Part shown: positions 61,993-64,000 of the stretch, one piece after another | Layout of the letters: each line of letters starts with the position of its first letter | Position numbering within the stretch: the first letter of the stretch is position 1 | Origin: Thermoanaerobaculia bacterium | Lineage (GTDB): Bacteria > Acidobacteriota > Thermoanaerobaculia > Multivoradales > JAHZIX01 | Direction of reading: 5' to 3' | DNA: 64,000 nt | NCBI GenBank assembly: GCA_027069135.1 | Contig: JALXFE010000182.1 | Coordinates: 67,175-131,174, forward strand | The notes under the pieces: model-generated | Databases searched by the model: none | What the model saw: only the letters and a program-made list of their open reading frames with translations | What the model was told of the DNA's origin: nothing | Made by a program: the position numbers and the translations under genes

Positions 61993-64000
61993 ATGATGTC
62001 CGAAGAGAACCAAGAATCCACCGCCACCGTCGAGCGGGGCACCTACGAGATCATCCGCGACCGCTTGCGGGGGCAGGCGGGGGAGCTGCGGACCCGGGCG
62101 GACACGCTCAACCAAGATCGCCTGGAGCTTTTCGGTAGCTCCGAGCTTTCGGTGATCGGCAACGAGAGGATCCGCACCGAGAACAACTGTCTGCCTCGGG
62201 ACATCATCCAGGTCGCCGGTAAGCTTCTTTTCGGCTACAAAGTTTTCTTGGGGCTCAAGACGGAAACCTCCATCGAAGATGTCCTGAGCCTCCATCGGTT
62301 CGAGAAGACCGCCGACGGGTTCAGCTTCGAGACGGTCCCCCCGGGGCCGGAACGGGACATGCTGGACGATTGTCGCTTTGCCGAGGATTTCCACGAGCTC
62401 TACCGCTACTACAAGAACGCCCGTCTCCTGCAGCTGCGGCATCTCGAAGGGGGCAAGGTTCTCGCCGTCTTTCAGATCGGCGCTTCCGTCGATGATATCC
62501 GGGTCTTTCGCTGGGCGGTGTCTCCTTCGGGGGAGGTGACCTACATCGACAATCGGGGCGAGCGGGACCACACCTTCCCGCCGACCCACGATTTCGAATG
62601 GACTCCGACCCGGCGCGAAGACCATGTGCCGGGGCGCCACCCGCATATCAATATTCTGAACGAGGTCTTTGTCGAGACCGTCGGCGGCGACCTGACGATC
62701 AAGGTGGAAGACAACACCGAGGACGGCCGGGGAATTTACCGGGAGCCGGTGGAGGACGCCGATCAAAGTCTCGACGACGCCGAGTTCCTATTCGCCAAGC
62801 TCGGGATTCTGATCCTGCTGAAGATCCGGCCCTACCGGGAGGACGATTGGCGGTACCTGGTCTTCAACACCCGGACCCAAGCGGTCTCCCGCATCGACGC
62901 CATCGGTCATAGCTGCGTGCAATTGCCGGAAGACCACGGCATCATTTTCCCCGGCGGCTACTACCTCCAGAGCGGGGAGACCAAGAGCTTTGCCGCCGAC
63001 GTGGAGGAGCTCAAATTCAAGCGGCGGATCCGTTCCGCCAACGGTGAGGATGTCCTTTATCTCTTCTACCATTTGGCGCAGGGCCGCTTCATCATGCTGC
63101 CCTACAACATGATCCGCAAGGCCGTCGCCAACCCCATCGAAGGCCACGGCTTCAGCCTCTTCGACGATGGCAAGATGGTGGTTTTCAGAGCCACCTCGGA
63201 GGAGCCCACCCGGGTTCACTCCATGCAGATCTGGCAAACGCCCTTCGGCAGTGAGGAGTTGGTCGCGGCGCCGGCCACCGGTTCCTACCTTGAAAAAATC
63301 GGCAATGCGGAGCTGGTGCGGGGTATCTCCGACGCCTTCTCTCTCTGCGCTGCCATTGAAGATCAGCAGCCGACGGTGCAGATCTATGAAGATCTGATCG
63401 CCGCCGCCATGCGGGTGATGGACAGCTACCACTGGCTGGGTCGAGAGGAAGTGGGGGATCTGCTCTCGACGCTCGAGGAGATCCACTCCACAGCAGAGCT
63501 CATCGTCGATGAATTCGAGAAGGTGGAATCCATTCGGCGGCAGGCGAAGCGAGCCGTCGCGGAGGCGGAGGGGCAGCTTGAGAAGCTATTCTCGAGCCTC
63601 CGTCCCGATAGTTGGAACCGCGTCGATGCCTTTGTCGAGGGACTCGCCCAGCTACGCCGCCAGCAGGGGCATCTGATCACTCTCCGGGAGCTGCGCTACG
63701 TCGATCGGGACCACCTGGCGGTTCTTGAGTCCCGGGTCGTCGATCGCTTCGACGAGCTCAGCCAGGACACGACGGGTTTTCTCGTAGGCGACGGGGCTCT
63801 CGTCCCCTATCGGGAGACGGTGAAGGAGATCGAGGGTCGCCTCGAGGGCATCGGGAAAGTCAGCGACGCCGTGCCGGTGCGCTCGGACCTCGATCAACTG
63901 GGCGAGCAGCTGGACCTACTGGCGGATGTGGTGTCGAGTCTCAAGATCGAGGACGCCACGGTGCGGACCCGAATTCTGGAGGAAATCTCTGAAAGTCTGG
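61993..64000 (+). CDS. Large uncharacterised protein. The 3' end lies beyond the window. Absent from the ORF track because no stop codon occurs in-window.
   Basis: Translated by hand from ATG 61993: MMSEENQESTATVERGTYEIIRDRLRGQAGELRTRADTLNQDRLELFGSSELSVIGNERIRTENNCLPRDIIQVAGKLLFGYKVFLGLK... The frame is uninterrupted for 2008 nt with a GC3-rich codon pattern like the neighbouring genes. Follows the NfeD-flotillin pair on the same strand. Confidence 0.6.
   Translation, partial: MMSEENQESTATVERGTYEIIRDRLRGQAGELRTRADTLNQDRLELFGSSELSVIGNERIRTENNCLPRDIIQVAGKLLFGYKVFLGLKTETSIEDVLSLHRFEKTADGFSFETVPPGPERDMLDDCRFAEDFHELYRYYKNARLLQLRHLEGGKVLAVFQIGASVDDIRVFRWAVSPSGEVTYIDNRGERDHTFPPTHDFEWTPTRREDHVPGRHPHINILNEVFVETVGGDLTIKVEDNTEDGRGIYREPVEDADQSLDDAEFLFAKLGILILLKIRPYREDDWRYLVFNTRTQAVSRIDAIGHSCVQLPEDHGIIFPGGYYLQSGETKSFAADVEELKFKRRIRSANGEDVLYLFYHLAQGRFIMLPYNMIRKAVANPIEGHGFSLFDDGKMVVFRATSEEPTRVHSMQIWQTPFGSEELVAAPATGSYLEKIGNAELVRGISDAFSLCAAIEDQQPTVQIYEDLIAAAMRVMDSYHWLGREEVGDLLSTLEEIHSTAELIVDEFEKVESIRRQAKRAVAEAEGQLEKLFSSLRPDSWNRVDAFVEGLAQLRRQQGHLITLRELRYVDRDHLAVLESRVVDRFDELSQDTTGFLVGDGALVPYRETVKEIEGRLEGIGKVSDAVPVRSDLDQLGEQLDLLADVVSSLKIEDATVRTRILEEISESL

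Noticed and set aside
60255-62042. 595-aa minus-strand ORF (plus 61729-62766 and 62788-63486 minus-strand ORFs)
   Set aside because: Antisense to the flotillin gene and to the long plus-strand ORF 61993 onwards, which have recognisable domains or GC3-rich codon structure. Low-complexity Arg/Leu/Gly content.
1-64000. Mobile elements (IS, integrase, phage genes), tRNA or rRNA
   Set aside because: No transposase DDE, tyrosine or serine recombinase motifs, terminal inverted repeats, or tRNA-like cloverleaf candidates were recognised by eye. tRNAscan and ISfinder searches should confirm.

Overview
High-GC (~65-70%) bacterial chromosomal window carrying about 45 genes on both strands. Many gene pairs show 4-nt ATGA/TGATG/TAATG stop-start overlaps, and many secreted FG-GAP/ASPIC-UnbV proteins are present. 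No rRNA, tRNA, CRISPR array, transposase or integrase was recognised. Main blocks: (i) 1-12.5 kb, a tightly coupled operon of four FG-GAP/ASPIC-UnbV proteins (CRTAC1-like, extracellular) with an embedded membrane-anchored pentaheme c-type cytochrome-TPR protein, followed by a DUF3179 gene interrupted by a single in-frame TGA at a conserved Cys position and a TlpA-like thioredoxin; (ii) 12.6-14.8 kb, a P1B heavy-metal ATPase; (iii) 14.8-19 kb, a RelB/RelE toxin-antitoxin pair next to a 1204-aa SF1 (Upf1/DNA2-like) helicase fused to a C-terminal PLD (HKD) nuclease, a candidate defence islet; (iv) 19-28.2 kb, a GMC oxidoreductase, an O-methyltransferase and a class II lanthipeptide cluster (LanM, a 74-aa precursor with an NHLP-like double-glycine leader, C39-peptidase ABC exporter LanT, HlyD-like partner); (v) 28.5-37.8 kb, a DUF1800/DUF1501 pair, an SSF transporter, a TPR-CHAT lipoprotein and an ECF sigma/anti-sigma pair; (vi) 38-41.6 kb, a lower-GC block with a barrel-like secreted protein, a leaderless S1 serine protease, a W/Y-rich unknown protein and a small lipoprotein; (vii) 41.6-59 kb, a HExxH lipoprotein peptidase, USP-DUF389, another FG-GAP/ASPIC protein with a FadL-like OMP, a TPR + ECF sigma pair, a ROK-type kinase, MalQ, a CpdA-like metallophosphoesterase with a long C-terminal extension, and an OpgC-like acyltransferase; (viii) 59-64 kb, an NfeD/YqiJ-like + flotillin operon followed by a large uncharacterised ORF running off the window end, which the ORF track misses because it has no stop. 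The most interesting candidates are the helicase-PLD/RelBE islet, the NHLP-leader lanthipeptide cluster with an SD-sequestering hairpin, the UGA-containing DUF3179 gene with a downstream hairpin (candidate selenoprotein), and the cytochrome-containing FG-GAP operon.
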